Source of the DNA: Camelus dromedarius
Lineage: Eukaryota
Direction: 5' to 3'
DNA length: 64,000 nt
NCBI RefSeq assembly: GCF_036321535.1
Contig: NC_087436.1
Location: 40,054,001-40,118,000 of the forward strand
Below are positions 13,901-28,337 of the stretch, piece by piece. Under the pieces are notes generated by a model, which worked only from the letters and a program-made list of their open reading frames with translations, was not told where the DNA came from and made no database searches. A program made the translations under genes and the position numbers. The stretch's first letter is position 1, and each line of letters opens with the position of its first letter.

Positions 13901-16900
13901 GTTGCTTAATGATTAAGTTTATCCAAGGATTTCTGTGGAGAAATGGTGCTCTGCTGTGGAGGTTTCATGTGTCAAACTCAGATATACTTGAATTATTTTA
14001 ACCTCATTTTTCCCTGTAAGTTATGAATCCTTTGAAGTAAGACAAGATAGAAGTATACCAGATCTGTTTTTTTGACTGAATTCCCATGCTGCTTTAGAGA
14101 ATTTGAGGCTCTCATAAGCTAGACATCAACAGGTGTATCGGGAAGTACATAATTACACACATCTAGTATGATATTTCAATACTGGAAGGCTGTGGTTTAT
14201 ATCCAGAGAGCCAATTTTGATGGGAAATACTGTGGGACATGTTATTGGTGTTCAATATAATTTTAATGCTACTATCAGAATTTAAAATTATGTTTTATCC
14301 TAAATGATAAATGACAAAATATTTTACCCTAAGAATGCATTTTGCATAGCCATTAAGATTCTTTAAATTTAAATGTTTACCTCTGTTGGAAATGCCTTAA
14401 CATTTTTATTAAAAGACCAAAGATTAGTAAAAATATAATCAAAGAGAAAACAATTTGTGAAATTAAATAATACCAAATTAGAAGTAAGATATAGTCTCAG
14501 CAAGAGTAATGAGACAGGGCTTTCACTGACACTTGCTTTCTCCTGTTAATGAAGTTATTTAAAATATTACTGTATAATTCACAAATAATTCAGAAAGATA
14601 CATTTTGACAGATATAGTATGTTCTGGTATTTCTGATTCATAAATACATTTCTGGTTATTTCTTTTTTCTTAGGATACTCCAAGACATATGTGCTTTACC
14701 AAAATATACAACAGCATTGTAGTCTACACGTAATATAAAGTAATACTTACTTCAGACAGTTTACATCCTTGGTTGTAAGAATAAAGGAAGAAATAATCCT
14801 CAAAAAATTTACAGTTACATGGGGAAATAGGTAACACTGTGGGATCGAAATTTGAGAAGGGCCAAACTATGGTCCTTGTGTTGGCCTGACTCACTCTTGG
14901 CTCTGAATCTCTCCAGCCCACTCAAATTGAATGCATTACTGTCCGACTGTATGTCTCATTTCATATCTGAGGACCAATCTGCCTTCAGTCTGATGGATTA
15001 TGAAGATTTCCATAGCTATAGTGGCATTTTTGGAAACACATTTTTCCTTTTGTCAACTCGTCTTTTTCTGCCAGACAAAAGATCCCTAAGAAATACAGCT
15101 GGGGCATGACCCAGCCCAACACACCTTCTTACCTTTGCCCCATCTCACCTTTGTTGATTGGCTCCATAGCATAGAGAGGAACCTGAGCTTTCTTGCTCAA
15201 GTCTAGGCCCTCAAGCAAGTTTTGAGGACTTATCTCTATCCTGGGCTCCTACCAGTCTTTCTGTAAAATATGCCCTCTGAAGAGTAAATCTCTCACTATG
15301 TGGATCCTGTGAGCTTTTGTAATCCCCACAGCCCTCCATTGTAAAATCCAACTGTGGAGTCAAACTATAGGTTCTGTGTAAACAGTCGTAGGCTGTCCAT
15401 GTTCTCTCCTCTTGGTAGTAATTTTTGCTAGATTTTAATGCACTAATAAACTGTTATTATTATTACTTATATATTGCTGTGACAAATAATGTTAGTACAA
15501 AGAAAACCAATACCAAGCCTTGTTATCAGTTATATGATTGATAACAATATGCTATAGATATGTGTGTGTACATAAAAACTATGGACAATACCATTGTTTA
15601 TAATAAGGTCTTAAAATGCTTAAATTAGTTTTTAAATTAGTAAAATTAGTTTAGAAATTATTTTTTAGCAAAATATTTACTTTTATTTAACCTGGAGTAC
15701 CTTTCAGGTTGATACCAGAAGTTATAAACCCCACCTCTTACTCTTCTTATTCAGTGTATAGCACTTAATCAGTGTTTTGTTTTTTAAAGTTTGTTTTGTA
15801 TTATTCAGTTATAATGATATCCACAATATAAGTGAGAAAGATAGACTCCATTTTTTACCATAGACCCTCTATTTATACTAGCAAATTTCATAAAGTATAT
15901 GGAAATGGCAGTAATTGGTTATTCTTTCAGAAACTTGCATTAAAATATTAGGGCTTTGTTTGCTTTTGTTTATTTATTAGTATATTTTAAAAGATAACAG
16001 CCTCTCAAACCAATCTTGTTAATATAATTTTTTAATATAAAAATTAACATCTACCATAATGGGTATGCTTCTCTCTTATTTGTCTGTTACACTCTTTTCA
16101 TCGTCAACTTGTATGAAATATCTGCAGGGCCTGTACTTACTTGCAAATATATGTTATCCATTGTACTCTTCAAATTAATATCCTATTAACAGATTTATAG
16201 GGGTGCCCAAATGGGGATGAAATGGATATATTTCTTAAAGTGCTGCCTGGAGAACGGCCTCACTTTTGGCCAAATGTCTAGTAAAGTGCCATATTGATTT
16301 TGTTATAAGGAACATTTGATATTCTGAAAAGAAATCAATAGGAGACCCAAATAATTTAGATACTATCTCTTAAATCAATACTAATGTATATTGCTTTCCA
16401 TTAGCTATTTGATGTGACATTTTGAAGTCTATATTTTGTGATTTCTATTATTTATATAAGTCAGTTATAAACATTAAAATGCAATCTTTTATCTACAGTA
16501 TTTTAAAAGCATAATTCCTTTAAAACATTGGCTCTGGGTCTGACTTTGTTAAATAATCAAAATGAGGACTTTGCTCTAGATTATTACTGTTTAATAAATC
16601 TTTCTCAAAATAAGACTAATATATCCATCCATTTATAATTTCAATTCTTTTAGAAATGTGAAGAGAATTTTAGAGTTCAATAACATTTGAAAAGAAAAAA
16701 TAGGTTAAAAGAAAACCAATTAATGAAATTCATCCCAAGCCACTTTGAGATGACCAAAATGCATTTTATTAATGCTTATTTATATTTATGGTATTACTTA
16801 GCAGTCATGATAATTGACTGGGGTTACCAAATAATCCATTATGCAAAACAGAATGCATTTGAGCTAGAGCATGAAATTACAAAGTTGTTTGGACTTTAGT

Positions 16901-17224
16901 TTAAATAGCCTTGGATAATTCATTCATTTAGTTATTAGGTTTCTAAGTCATTTCCTTGTTACTGATAAGCTATGTTAATATATAAGCTTTTAAAAATATG
17001 CAAGTTTCTTAACTATGCATATCTAATATGTTTAGATAAGGAAAATTCCAGGTATTATTTTAAAATTCTATGATGTCAGATTACATTTTTAATATGAAGC
17101 CCTGCCTTAAGTTTAGCTCTTAAAAGAGGTTAATAGGGTCAGCTTACATATGAATAAATAAAAATTGATAAAAATAAAAATCAGTATTGGTAAGTTTATT
17201 TTTTTAATATATTTCTTTTAGTGA

Positions 17225-17460
17225 CTAGCTAAGTAGCATGGAATGGGGGCACTGGAGCCCTTCATACGTTAATGTGAATCACAACAGTGACTTCATAACC
17301 TTGAGCAAGTCCTTTAGCCTTAGAGAGCATGTATCCTATTCTGTAAGTGATAGTAGCATCACTTTCCTCATGGGGTTTTGTGGGGATTTAATTAAATAAT
17401 GCAACATTAAGATCTTAGAATACACCGTGGCAAACAGTATTTTTTTAAATGTAGGTTAAC
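17225..17460 (+). mobile_element. MIR SINE
   Basis: 'accttgagcaagtcctttagcct...ctgtaagtga...tcctcatggggttttgtggggatttaattaaataatgca'. Confidence 0.7.
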
Positions 17461-18029
17461 TTTTATTAAAATTGTCTCAGTTTTGAGAGGATAATCTTTC
17501 CTTATTTGTCATAATTTTAGAAGCAGTTGTTTCTATTGTACTTATCTATAGGTTTTTAATAGGCTATTAATCATCAGAAGATCAACCTTCTCCTCAGCAA
17601 TGATTTTCAAATAGAATGACAAAAATTTGGGTGTATATCCCTTACTTTAAGAAGGTAATGGTACAGAAATTAAAACTGCTTATTCCCATGATTGTACTGT
17701 CTTCCATCATCACAGTGATGTGGTATGGCCTTGTGGGGAAACTGGGCTAAAGGCAGAATGGGACTGAGGCCAATTTCCCCCAGTGACTGTCACCCACATT
17801 CCTGGGAAAGACTGATGACACTGGACACAATGGCAGCTTATATAAAGCAGCTGTTACACCTGTTCTGGCCACTCCATATTTACTGACCCCTCTAGACATA
17901 GTAACCATATTGTGCACCCTAAATCCTTAGGGTAAATTATAGGACACCTTCAACTTTCTGTGAATTCCTTTTTTGCCCTCAAGCAAAAACATATCTGAGG
18001 ATATGTTAATATGTGTGTACGTATGTATA

Positions 18030-18071
18030 TATATGTCAGGATTCTTCAGAGAAATCAAACCAAAAGGAGAT

Positions 18072-18110
<39 letters not shown>

Positions 18111-18440
18111 AGAGAGAGCACGAGAGAGAATACGGGAGTGAGTGAAGAGATAAATGAGTATGGGAGAGATTTACTGTAAATAGTTGTCTCATGTGATTAT
18201 GAAGGCTGGGAAGCCTAGCCCTAGGAAAGCCTGAGGAGATTAAATGTAGGAGAGCTGATGGTAGAGTTTCAATCTGAGTCTGAGTCCAAAGGCAGGAGAG
18301 GACCAATGTCCCAGCTCAAAGACAAGCAGAGAAAATAAATTCTTTCTTACTCAAACTTTTATAATATTTGAGCCTTCGACAAATTAGATAAGGCTCACCC
18401 ACACTAGGGACGGCAATCTGCTTCACTCAGTCTAGTTAAT
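18030..18440 (-). mobile_element. MLT2 (ERVL) LTR
   Basis: 'tcaggattcttcagagaaatcaaaccaa...ctcatgtgattatgaaggctg...ggcaggagaggaccaatgtcccagctcaa...cccacactagggacggcaatctgcttcactcagtcta'. Confidence 0.85.
18075..18104. repeat. (CA)15 microsatellite inside the MLT2 LTR
   Basis: Directly visible. Confidence 0.95.
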
Positions 18441-18477
18441 TAAATTGATTTACATTTTTTAAAGATGATATGGGATC

Positions 18478-18664
18478 AGAATCCAAGCTCAGCTGACTGT
18501 AAGGGTAGGCAGGTGGCATAACGGGTGTGATAGGCTTGATGTACGCAGACAGGAAGGGGCTGTGATAGATTGGAGGGCACGTTCTCTTTCTGAAGACACT
18601 CAAACTTAATTAAAATTAAATGTCTCCAGGCTAGATGTGCATTCAGACTAGTCTGTGACACCTG
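18478..18664 (+). mobile_element. MER102-like hAT-Charlie MITE
   Basis: 'gggtaggcaggtggcataa...ggggctgtgatagattggagggcacg...ccaggctagat...ctagtctgtgacacctg' parallels the short MER102 layout. Confidence 0.55.
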
Positions 18665-18689
18665 TTTGGAAAACAAATTGTGGGTGAAG

Positions 18690-20100
18690 AGGGATGCAGT
18701 AGGTTTGCATGAGAGGCTACTTCAGCAGTCGAGGCTGAAGATGGTACAATCTGGGAAGACTGGTGGCAATGGAAATAATGAGAAGTGCATGTATTTTTAG
18801 TGTATTTTGAAGTTACAACCAGCAAAACTTGGATTGGAATGTGGAGAGAGGAGAGAAAAATGGAGTAATTAAGTGTAACTTTTAGGCTTTTGGACTGATC
18901 ATCTGGTTTATGGGGGCATTTTCTAAAATTAGAAAGAATGAGGAAGAAACAGGTTTGGGGGATCATTTCAGTTTGGATGGGCTATATTTGAGGTACCTAT
19001 CAAATTTCAAGAGGAAACTTGAAGCAGTTGGGTACATAAATATAGAAGTCTAGAAATTAGAGGAGATTCTAATGCTAGAACATGATTTTGGAAGCCATCA
19101 GCATGGAGCCATAGGACCAGGTGAGATGCTCCTGATGTTGAGAACGGAAAATTCCGGCACTGAAGGAAACTGTGGAGGAATATATTCAGCAAAGGAGATG
19201 AGGAGGAAATAGCCAAGGGATAGGGAGAAAACCAATAAAATGTAGAGTCAAGAAGTCCAAGAGAAGAAAATGCTTCAAAAAAGGAGGGAGTAATCAACCT
19301 TAATGAAACTTCCAAGAAATATTCTATAATGTCAACAAACAGGAACCAATGAATTGGGCAATATGAATGTCTTTGGAAGCCCTGAATAAGGACATTACAG
19401 TGACTACAAAAGACAGAAATCAGAGTAATTTGGATTAAAACGTGAAAAGGAAATGAGGATAGGGAGATGTACTTGTACCTATTTTAGAAGTTTTTTTTTT
19501 CCTGAAGAGGAGAAATGGGGAATATTTAGAAAGATATTCATGGCAAATGGCATGATTTGTCTTGATTTTTACAGAATAATACTAGAATTGTCTGTTTGTG
19601 TCTTGACAGAATGATATTAGAACACTGGAATATTGAACAGAAAAAAAATCACACAGTAAACCAAGTACTGAAAATCATAAGGTGGAAGGGGATGCATAAG
19701 GAGCACAGGGGGAAGAGGTGCTTTGAGAACCATAGAGAGATTTCTGCTCTGGAACAGGAAGACAGGGAATATGTGTACAGGTTTAGTCATATTTGTAGAT
19801 TTGGTGGTAGAAAATGAGAGGGTCTGTTTAAACTGCCTCCCTTTTCTCAGTGACGTATGAAGACGAGTTCATCAGATGAGAGAGAGTTGAGAATGTTGGA
19901 GAACTTAGAAGAGCAGACTTAGTGAAAACATCCGTATAATGTGTGGGAAAGTGCACTTTCTAGGGAAGTATTACAGGATTGTTAGCAAGTGTTTCTTTTG
20001 AACTTCGTGGCTATGAATTAAAATAAGAACAGTCCACACAGTTGTGCGATTTTCCCTACCCTTTTGGGTGGTCCTATGTACCACAAGAAAAAAGCAGATA
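18690..20100 (-). mobile_element. L2 LINE fragment(s)
   Basis: Purine-rich L2 3' motifs such as 'cagtttggatgggctatatttgaggtacct' and 'gaagtccaagagaagaaaatgcttcaaa'. Confidence 0.7.
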
Positions 20101-20115
20101 CGTAGGTTGACCTGG

Positions 20116-20480
20116 AGTATTAGTTTCCTAAGGCTGCTTTACCAGAGTACCACAAACCTAGTAGCTTAAAAAAGCAGAAGGTATTATTGTTTATCACTGC
20201 TAGAGGCTAGAAGTAAGAAATCAAGGTGTTAGCAGGGCCACACTCCTTCTGAAACCTGTAGGGGAACCCTTTCTTGTCTTTTCTTAGCTTCTAGTGGTTT
20301 CCTGACAATCCTTGGTGTTCCTTGGCTATTAGCTGCATAGCTCCAATCTCTGCCTTTGCAGTCACATGACGTTCTCTCTGCATGTTTCCATCTTTACCTG
20401 GCTGTCTTATACGGACATCAGTTATATTAGAATAAGGGCCAACCTTACTGCAGTATGATCTCTAACTTAACTAATTGCAA
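20116..20480 (-). mobile_element. MLT1 (MaLR) solo LTR
   Basis: 'tattagtttcctaaggctgct...taccacaaac...ctagaggctagaagt...aaatcaaggtgttagcagggcca'. Confidence 0.85.
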
Positions 20481-22724
20481 AATGAGAGACTTGGTCTTGC
20501 TGATCTTTTGTGTCCCCCTCAACCTTGACATTATATGATGTATCTGTCTGTATTCATAAACTTCATTTTAGTCTCATGGTGGTAAATCTTTCCAATCACT
20601 TTAATATAAAATCTTTCATTTTTTTCTTGATCTATTTCTACAGCACAAAGCGAAATGGACATGTAGACTTTGGCTATTTTAGGGAGATCTCAAAAAATAA
20701 AACCAGTTAACACAGGTATAACAGGACTGAAATATTTAGTCTTCTTATCTGTATTCACTGTTATTTATCAGAAGATTGTTATGCTGTGTTGAGTAAAGAC
20801 GACTACAGCAGAAATAAAACTAGTGGTTGAATTTGGGTCTTCATGCTAATTGCAGCCCTTAAACCGACCATAGGCCTGTTGCTGTTAAACTTACCTTTAT
20901 GTGAAGCAGTAAACTGTAGCCTGCAGTTCATCGTTAGATGTAGATTGTAGTTTATTTAAAAAGTTACTCAACTATTATATACAATAAAAATGTATTGTTG
21001 TAATTTTTATGATTTCAGTACCAATAGAGAAAAGAAAAAATATTTCAGCTCGAAAAGCACATCGGCTATTGGGATGACATGTTTTTCAAAGAATGTAACT
21101 TGCTTCCAGTTTGACTTTTAATTTTAAATTATCTCGCTTGCTAAATAACTTTATCCTGCAGATTATTTTTAAAAGCCTTTTGGATTAACATATTGACTTT
21201 CATCTCAGGGAAAAATGCATATATCCCTTTTGATGGATCTGTTATTCAAATGACAGTGATGCTGTTTGGTTGGCTATATTGTGTATAACTTATGTTCCAA
21301 ATTATTATAGAAATATTTATATTGAAAAGGTAGCAGAACATTAAAAATAGAGAGGTGAGTACCTTCTCTCTCCATCCAGTCAAGAGAATTAGCATCTTGT
21401 GTAGTGTAGGAAAGGTTCATGTTATTCTTCAGGCCCTGTGGTATTCTTAAAGGCAAAATGGAATTAAAATACCTAAATATGATTATTAGCCCTTTCAATA
21501 TGAGAATTATCCCTTTAGTGTAGTGTCTAAATATTACTGTTGTGAAAATACATACCCATGAGAAAAATGAAGAGGGGAAAGTGGTTTCTGCGTCTCCCAT
21601 GACTGTTTTGTCCTGGGTCAGTCTCTACTCTCTTCTTCTCTATCTGAGCATCTAAAGAAAACTTCAAATATGCATTCCTAGAAGTGCATGTTAGCATCCG
21701 ATTCTTGAGTTTCTCTGTGTCCTTGACTCTATAAAGCAAACTTCATGGAACTCCAAAGTTGTGTTTAACCTTTTATTAAGGAATAAACTTGTGAAGTATA
21801 GACTTCCACCCCTGCTTATCAGCTCACATATATTTCTTGTCAATCCATAATAATATAACTAAAAGTATGTATGATAAATAATGTATAAAACAGTATGATT
21901 ATAAACATTTCTATTATAGGTACACAGTAAATTACCATTATTGTTATTATTATAATTATGACACTTTTGATAGCATAATGTATATAAGGGCATTTAATTC
22001 AGGATTCTTATTAAGAGTTTACATTCTATTTAGGCAGAAAGTAAGAAACTCTTATAAAAACATGAACTTTGGATTTAGGCGGAACTGAGTTCAGATCCTG
22101 GTCTTATCATTTGCTATCAGGGAGACACTGATCTTTGCGTTTTTCAGGAGAAATCCAAAGCAAATTAGCTCAAACATAAATGGAATTATTAATTCACATA
22201 CCTGTCATGGGTAAGACTCCTTGTAGTAACTGCTCAATCCAGGAGCTCAAACACATTAGGCAAAGTTTGGTTTCTTGCTACATGTTTTTAGTTCTTATTT
22301 CCTCAATGGATTGATTTCTATCTGTGTGTAGTTTCCTCCTTAACATCCAGAAGAGTGGCCACTAGCAGGCCCACACATACGCTGTATGTATGTACAGGAT
22401 AAAGAATGGTGTGCTGTCTCCTACTACGCTCATTTCAAGTCTGAGAGAAAAGTCTGGTTGGCCTGGCTTGGGTCATTTGACTTTCCACATGGCATGAAAG
22501 GGCTGACATTCAGGATAGATTGCCTCTTCATGACTATGTGGAATGAGAGAGAGGAGATTGGCAAAGAAAACATGGTTGAAGAAATGGCAGGGTATAAAAG
22601 AAATGATGGGAATTTAAGAATAGCATGAGTCCAGCTACATGTTCAAAGTTCTAGCTTTTTCAAAAGCAGCATGAGCCATGGCTGGAAGTATGAACATGTG
22701 TGGTCTGTCCAAGGGACTAAGGCA

Positions 22725-23313
22725 TGTATTCATCTTCTGTTGCTCCATAAATTACCACAAATTTAGTGGCTAAAAACAGTGCATGTTTCTTATCTCACAG
22801 TTTCTGTGAGTCAGGAGTCTGGGCGTGGTTTGGCTGGATTCTCTGCTCATGACCTCACGAGGCTGGAATCAAGGCAGCAGCATAGCGCATTCTCACCTGG
22901 AGGACTGGCTGAGGAAGAATCCGTTTCCATGTGTATTCAGGTGGTGGGCATACTTCATTTTCTGTGGTTGTTTGAAGTCCTCATTTTCTTGCTGGTTGTT
23001 GGCCAAGACACAGCTCCCATAGTTCCTGGCCATGTGGCCCTCTTCATAGGCTTCCACAACATGGTGGCACCCTTCTTCAGAGCCACAAAGGGAAAGTCTG
23101 TTTCTCTCTCTGGTCTGTTAAGATGGGGTCTTACATAATGTAATGTAATGATAGGAGTGACTTCCCATCACTTTTGCCATATAACCCAATCTAAGGCTGT
23201 GACATCCCATCATGTTTGCCATAATGTATTGAAGAAAAGTGAGTCACACTTGACGAGAGGCAATAACACAAAGGCATGGATCATTGGGGATCTTCACAGG
23301 AGATGTTTACCAC
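22725..23313 (-). mobile_element. MLT1E/F-type (MaLR) solo LTR
   Basis: 'aaattaccacaaatttagtggctaaaaaca...tatctcacagtttctgtgagtcaggagtctgggcgtgg'; ends 'ttaccaca'. Confidence 0.85.
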
Positions 23314-25309
23314 AGGGCAGTTCAGTAAAGCTTGGGATGGAGATCCGTCGTGAGGATAGAAAAAAGTAAATAGGAGCCATATTATGAAAGGTCTTGAATT
23401 TTTGCTAAGAGATTTCAACATCATTTTCTAGGAAATTGAGTATTACAGGGTAATTTTAAGCAGGTAAGTAGCATAATCAGATCTGTGTTTGGGAAAGACA
23501 GCACTGCTGAGAAAATGAAAACTGGATTGGAGTAGGAACAGAAGAGAGGCTGGAAGGTAAGGTCAAAGGTAGGAAGGAGTCTAAGTGGGATATAAGAAAT
23601 CAAAAAGTAGGAATGGAAATGGAAGATGAGTCATAGAAGATTCAGTATTCTGAATTTAAAAACGTAATTCAAATTTGTGCCTGGAATACCACATCAATAA
23701 ATGGATAAATATTTGTTTCAAATATGTCCTTCTCTGAGTTACATTTAAAATTTTCTTTTAAAAATCTTTACAATATCCAATCACTTGACTTTGAAGATCC
23801 ATTATAAAGTAATGAGTTCACTGAGTTTTCAGTGTGCTGTATTAATAATGATATGTTGCCTAAATACAACAAACTTTGTTTATTCAATAAATATTTTGTT
23901 TAGCCATTTACATTTTATATTAAAATTAAATACTATGGATTTTTTGATAATATTTTACTTCATAAGGCAACACTTAGAATTTTGTGAATCTTTTGGCTAT
24001 GCTGGGTTCGCTTTGGCACACAAATTAGTAGTATGCATATTTGGCCTATTGTATTTCATCTTTAGATTTGGGAAATTATTTTGCAGCTGAAGGTACTTTA
24101 CCTTTGAATTCAGGATTAAGTACAAAGATTGTATGTAAATTGCCACATTGCCCCTTTAATTCAGATAACATTTCATTTCCCTTCAGAGGCTAATGTTCCT
24201 TTGTCTTGCATATGCCATGAGGTCCTGTGCTGACAGCAAAGCTGAATACTAAAACCATCTGTCAGGACCCAGGGGAGTTAGCTATTATTCACTGCTTCCT
24301 CATGGTGTAAGGTCAATACTACAACAAGGTATGTTTCAATAAATATGCAGTGAGAAGAGAAATTGTCTCAAAGTAGGAACTACCAGCTGTCAATACAATT
24401 AGTGACAAAAGAGCAGGGACATAGCCTTGAGGGCTTCCAGACACATTTGGGAATTGATTTCCGTGGGGTTCTGAGCTTTGCTCTGCAGAATGTCTTTTAA
24501 CAGAAAAGCACAGTGTGTTAAAAGTGTCATCTTTTAAAATATTGTCTTTCTCCATTATCTCTGGAGCATTATTGTTGCAGCATCTATGTACATTTTATTG
24601 TAGACAGATACAACTAGAGGATATGATGTATGTAATTGTTTTTTTCTACAAAGAGGAAAAAGAGTAACTATGTTTAAAAGAAACAAAGAAAAGAAAGGTT
24701 TGTGTTCAGCCATCTGTGGCGCTTGCTGTAGGTTAAGAATATTGTCATTGGAGCACTGACTCCTGAGATAATGAATTCTAAATTGACTAAGTATTAGTGG
24801 CTTTCGCGAGTGGGGAAGCAGGCTGAAACACGTCACTCCCACATTAAATATATCGTTTTGTCCCAAAGTGCAATAATCCATTGCAGTATTTTGAGGTAGG
24901 ATAATATTTCTAAGAGAGAATAATCAAAAACACTCAAGGTCAAACAATGATACACTGTGCCAGTCTTAAATATCAAAACTTTCATGATGTCTTCATTTTT
25001 TCTTTACTCTTTTCCTGAGTATAATTCATGTTCATGGTGCAGTCTTACATAGTTGCCACTTTCCTTGGCAAATTACAAGCAAGTGTCTGTTTTTCTTTAC
25101 TCTTTTCTAGACAGAATGGGTTATTTTGGCTTCAGTGACAAATACTTTAAAAGGAGTAAACAGCATGTTTCATTAGGCGTTTAGATGCTGCACAGTACTG
25201 AGTACCAGGACAGCTTGCTCTTAGAGGGAAAGTTAAGAGCAGTGGGAATGGTTGTCGGGTTTCCTGAAACTACAGTCTGCCTAGGCTGCTGTTCCCTAAC
25301 TGCTGCTTC

Positions 25310-25962
25310 TGTAAAGACAAATATAAATTAAAAATAAAAGGCTTAATGCTCTCTATTGAAAATAAGGGAAAAGATTCAACTTCCTGTCTTTTTCCTTACA
25401 ATATGTAATTGTAAGCATTTCTTCTCTCCTTGAAAACTTGGCAGGCCTTTTGTCAGCTTTGTGATCCAGGAATGTTCTTCTCAAGGACCTGGGCACTATC
25501 TCTTTGAAATGTAGTCATTAAGAAAGATAGTGTCCCCTAACCCAGCTTCTGTGGGAAGGTCAGAGTCTAACTGCAGTGGCCACCTTGCTCCAAGTTACAA
25601 AACATTCTCCTGTCATGAAAATAGAAGTTGGTTTTTCCTCAGGATAAAGCCAGTAAGCTAACACATGGTCACCCCAATTATCAGGTACAGTTAACATGAA
25701 ATGTTTGTGACAAAAGGTGCTGTCAAATCATCTTTCTTGGGGACTAACCATTGTAGATCTTGATTAATGTATGTAATGAGTTGTATCTGCTTCTCTGTCT
25801 TTCCCACTAATTAGTAGACAGCCTGTGGTATGCGTCACATTTTGGTTTAATGTTTATTCAATAATACAGCTGTTTTCAGTCTCCACCACCTTTATGGAGA
25901 TTTTTTTCTGGGTTGAGAGAAGTTTCTTTGTGTTTTTTTTTTTAAATTATAATTCCCCAATC
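25310..25962 (+). mobile_element. ERV1 solo LTR (MER89/MER90-like)
   Basis: TG start, 'gaaaataagggaa', 'ccaggaatgttcttctcaaggacctggg', 'atggtcaccccaatta' and end 'attataattccccaa'. Confidence 0.8.
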
Positions 25963-26617
25963 GTTTCTCTACCTTTAACAAGCAGAAAGCATTAAGGATA
26001 AGGATTATTTACAAGAGGGCACTTCTTTATTTACAACTCGCTAAAAATGCATGAACATTTGTGCATAATTTTTTTGTTCATTTATTCCTGTCAGTATATC
26101 TGCTTTGAATATTTAAATCAGATAAACAATCGTACTTGTTTAGAAAGAACTTCAATACGTGGTTTGCTGTAGAGACATTGTGTCAATATTTATTACTAAC
26201 CAAAATTACTCCATGTTGCAGATCCTGTCGAAAAATCTTTTGTATTTCTTGTGTGTGTTATAGGTACATTAAAATTTTCATATTAGAGTTGCATAATTCC
26301 AAGACATTCAAATATAAACATTAGAAGAGACTCTGATATTCTAAAAATGAATTAAATGTAGATGTTTACATGGAAAATCTTTCTTTCTTGAAGAGTCTAC
26401 CTATACTGTTAAAATGCAACATTTTCTTCCAAGAATATTATGCTGTGGTTATGTGAAATTAATATGATGCTTTTAATGGAGTGGTAACATGGCATGATGG
26501 TGCTCTGAAGCCAGGTTTTCTAACTTAAAATCCTAGCTTTATTCTTTGTTATCTGTGTAAATATTAATGGAATACTTGGTCTCTAGGCTTCAGTTTCTTC
26601 ATTAGTGCAAACAGAAA

Positions 26618-27041
26618 TGTGTCTTAAGTCTGGCTCCGTATAATGAGGATCTGTTGTGGAGATTTGCCTGTAGGAGATTTTCTGAGGATTGCTCACAGGG
26701 ACAGCACCTCTAAGGAAATGAGGGAAGCAGGGCTGGAAGGAAGTTGAAGTGAAAAGAATCTTTAGCTGATCCTTGGTAGGTATGGAGCTCAGGCAGTCCT
26801 TCTAAAGTCTCCCAGATTAATGCAGGAAGGTTGGACTGTTGTATCAGGGCATCAGTCACTCAATAAATGTGGGCTATTCCCCAGAAGGGGCATAAACTTG
26901 AGTGAGGCAATCTCTTTGGCTACGGAGGGGTCTTGGAGAAAGAATCAAGTATAAGTTTTTATCAGCCAACACTTCCAGCAACTTGGCCCTAAAAGGGGGC
27001 TGGAGGTGGCTCTATCTGGGCAACTTAACTCAGCATCCACA
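26618..27041 (-). mobile_element. ERVL LTR (LTR33-like) inserted in a MIR (MIR halves ~26490-26617 and ~27042-27150)
   Basis: TG...CA termini and 'gaaatgagggaagcagggctgg...tggagct'. The MIR motif 'cttcagtttcttcatt' lies on the left and 'catagtaaatgtact' on the right. Confidence 0.65.
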
Positions 27042-27849
27042 GCAAAAAGGTATTACTACCTATATATATATGTGTTGTTTTAAGGTTTAAAAGAAATCAG
27101 CAGTGCAAGTCCTTAGTGCATACATAGTAAATGTACTAAAAATGTTAGCTTATAAGAATCAATAATTTTCCATTCTACCTTATTTATTTAGGTTAAAGTG
27201 AAGATTATGTCTGCAACATATAGTGTTGATTTACTAGAAATTTTAATACAAACTTTTCGTTCTAAGAAATTTTCTTTGAGAATGCCATTTTGGCTTTCAT
27301 GGTGGACTTGAAAATTTCTTCTAGGCTAAAACTAATCATTAAGGTGCACTGTTTGTATACTCTGCAGGAGTTACACATCTTCTGACTGAAATTATTGCAG
27401 AGATTTTCAAATTCTGACAATTCTTTAAAGAGTCAGGACAGAGTATCAAGGATGTTGCTCCTATATCGACAGCAATTTATTATGTTGAGGTATAGTCACT
27501 CCATAAAGGTGGGTCTGTATTACAATAGTAACTTTTTGTTATTTAAATAAACACTAGAACTAATTACTCAGTGGGTTGCTTGTTATCAATGGAGTCAATT
27601 TGAGAGGCATTATACATATTTCAGTTTCTCTTTTGGAATTTTCCATATGGCCAGTTTCCTAGACATAAATACACAAAACTCAAGATTAATATTTGATAAG
27701 ACTTAACTGGGGGCATAAAGTAAACTGTCCCATCTTACTGACACCTATTTTCATCAGGCTTAGGTTAAACACTTTTCTTGTTGTGGTTTTTAAATTGAAT
27801 GTACTGTAGCATGTGAACTTGAATGTCATCCCTGTTACATGGGAGGTGG

Positions 27850-28085
27850 CACCATGTAGAGATTTTTGAGTCTGATGACTTTGGTTTAAAAGTCTTACTT
27901 TGCTGCTTATATGGTAGGTGTGATCTTGAGCAATTTATTCAGTCTCTCTAGGTCCACCTTTCCTCATTTATGAAAAAGACAAGAATACATATTTGGTTTT
28001 TGTGAAGATACGATCAGATGGTGAATTTAAATGAAACAAACTAAGTAGTGTGTTTAATATAGACTTTCATAAATGATGGTTAGTG
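27850..28085 (+). mobile_element. MIR SINE
   Basis: 'gtgtgatcttgagcaatttattcagtctctctaggtccacctttcctcatttatgaaaa'. Confidence 0.75.
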
Positions 28086-28337
28086 TTATTAACAGCTATT
28101 ATGGTGACCGAAGCCCTGAGGGCAATTTTTAAGAGAAATTCCAGAAAAAAAATGTTTTAATAATGGGAAACATTACTGGATTAAGTATTAAGCCTCTGAA
28201 TGTGACCAGTTTGTAAAGAAAGCCACTTATCCAAAGGTATAAATATTGGGATTTAAAAAAAATCATGTTACTTAAAGGCATAATTGCTGTAAAATGGCTT
28301 ACCCTCCAAGGGCTGGATTTTCCTTGGAGGATCTAAA

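Noticed and set aside
14751..15087. Minus-strand exon candidate (ttcttag acceptor, GAA|gtaagt donor)
   Set aside because: All three frames contain multiple stops, no recognisable protein, and the region may belong to an old LTR-like element.
24319..24881. Two abutting minus-strand ORFs (78 and 108 aa)
   Set aside because: No recognisable homology or convincing splice donor; lengths are compatible with chance.
24997..25107. 18-bp direct repeat tttttctttactcttttc as a possible TSD
   Set aside because: It is a low-complexity pyrimidine tract and the enclosed 75 nt show no retroposon hallmarks.
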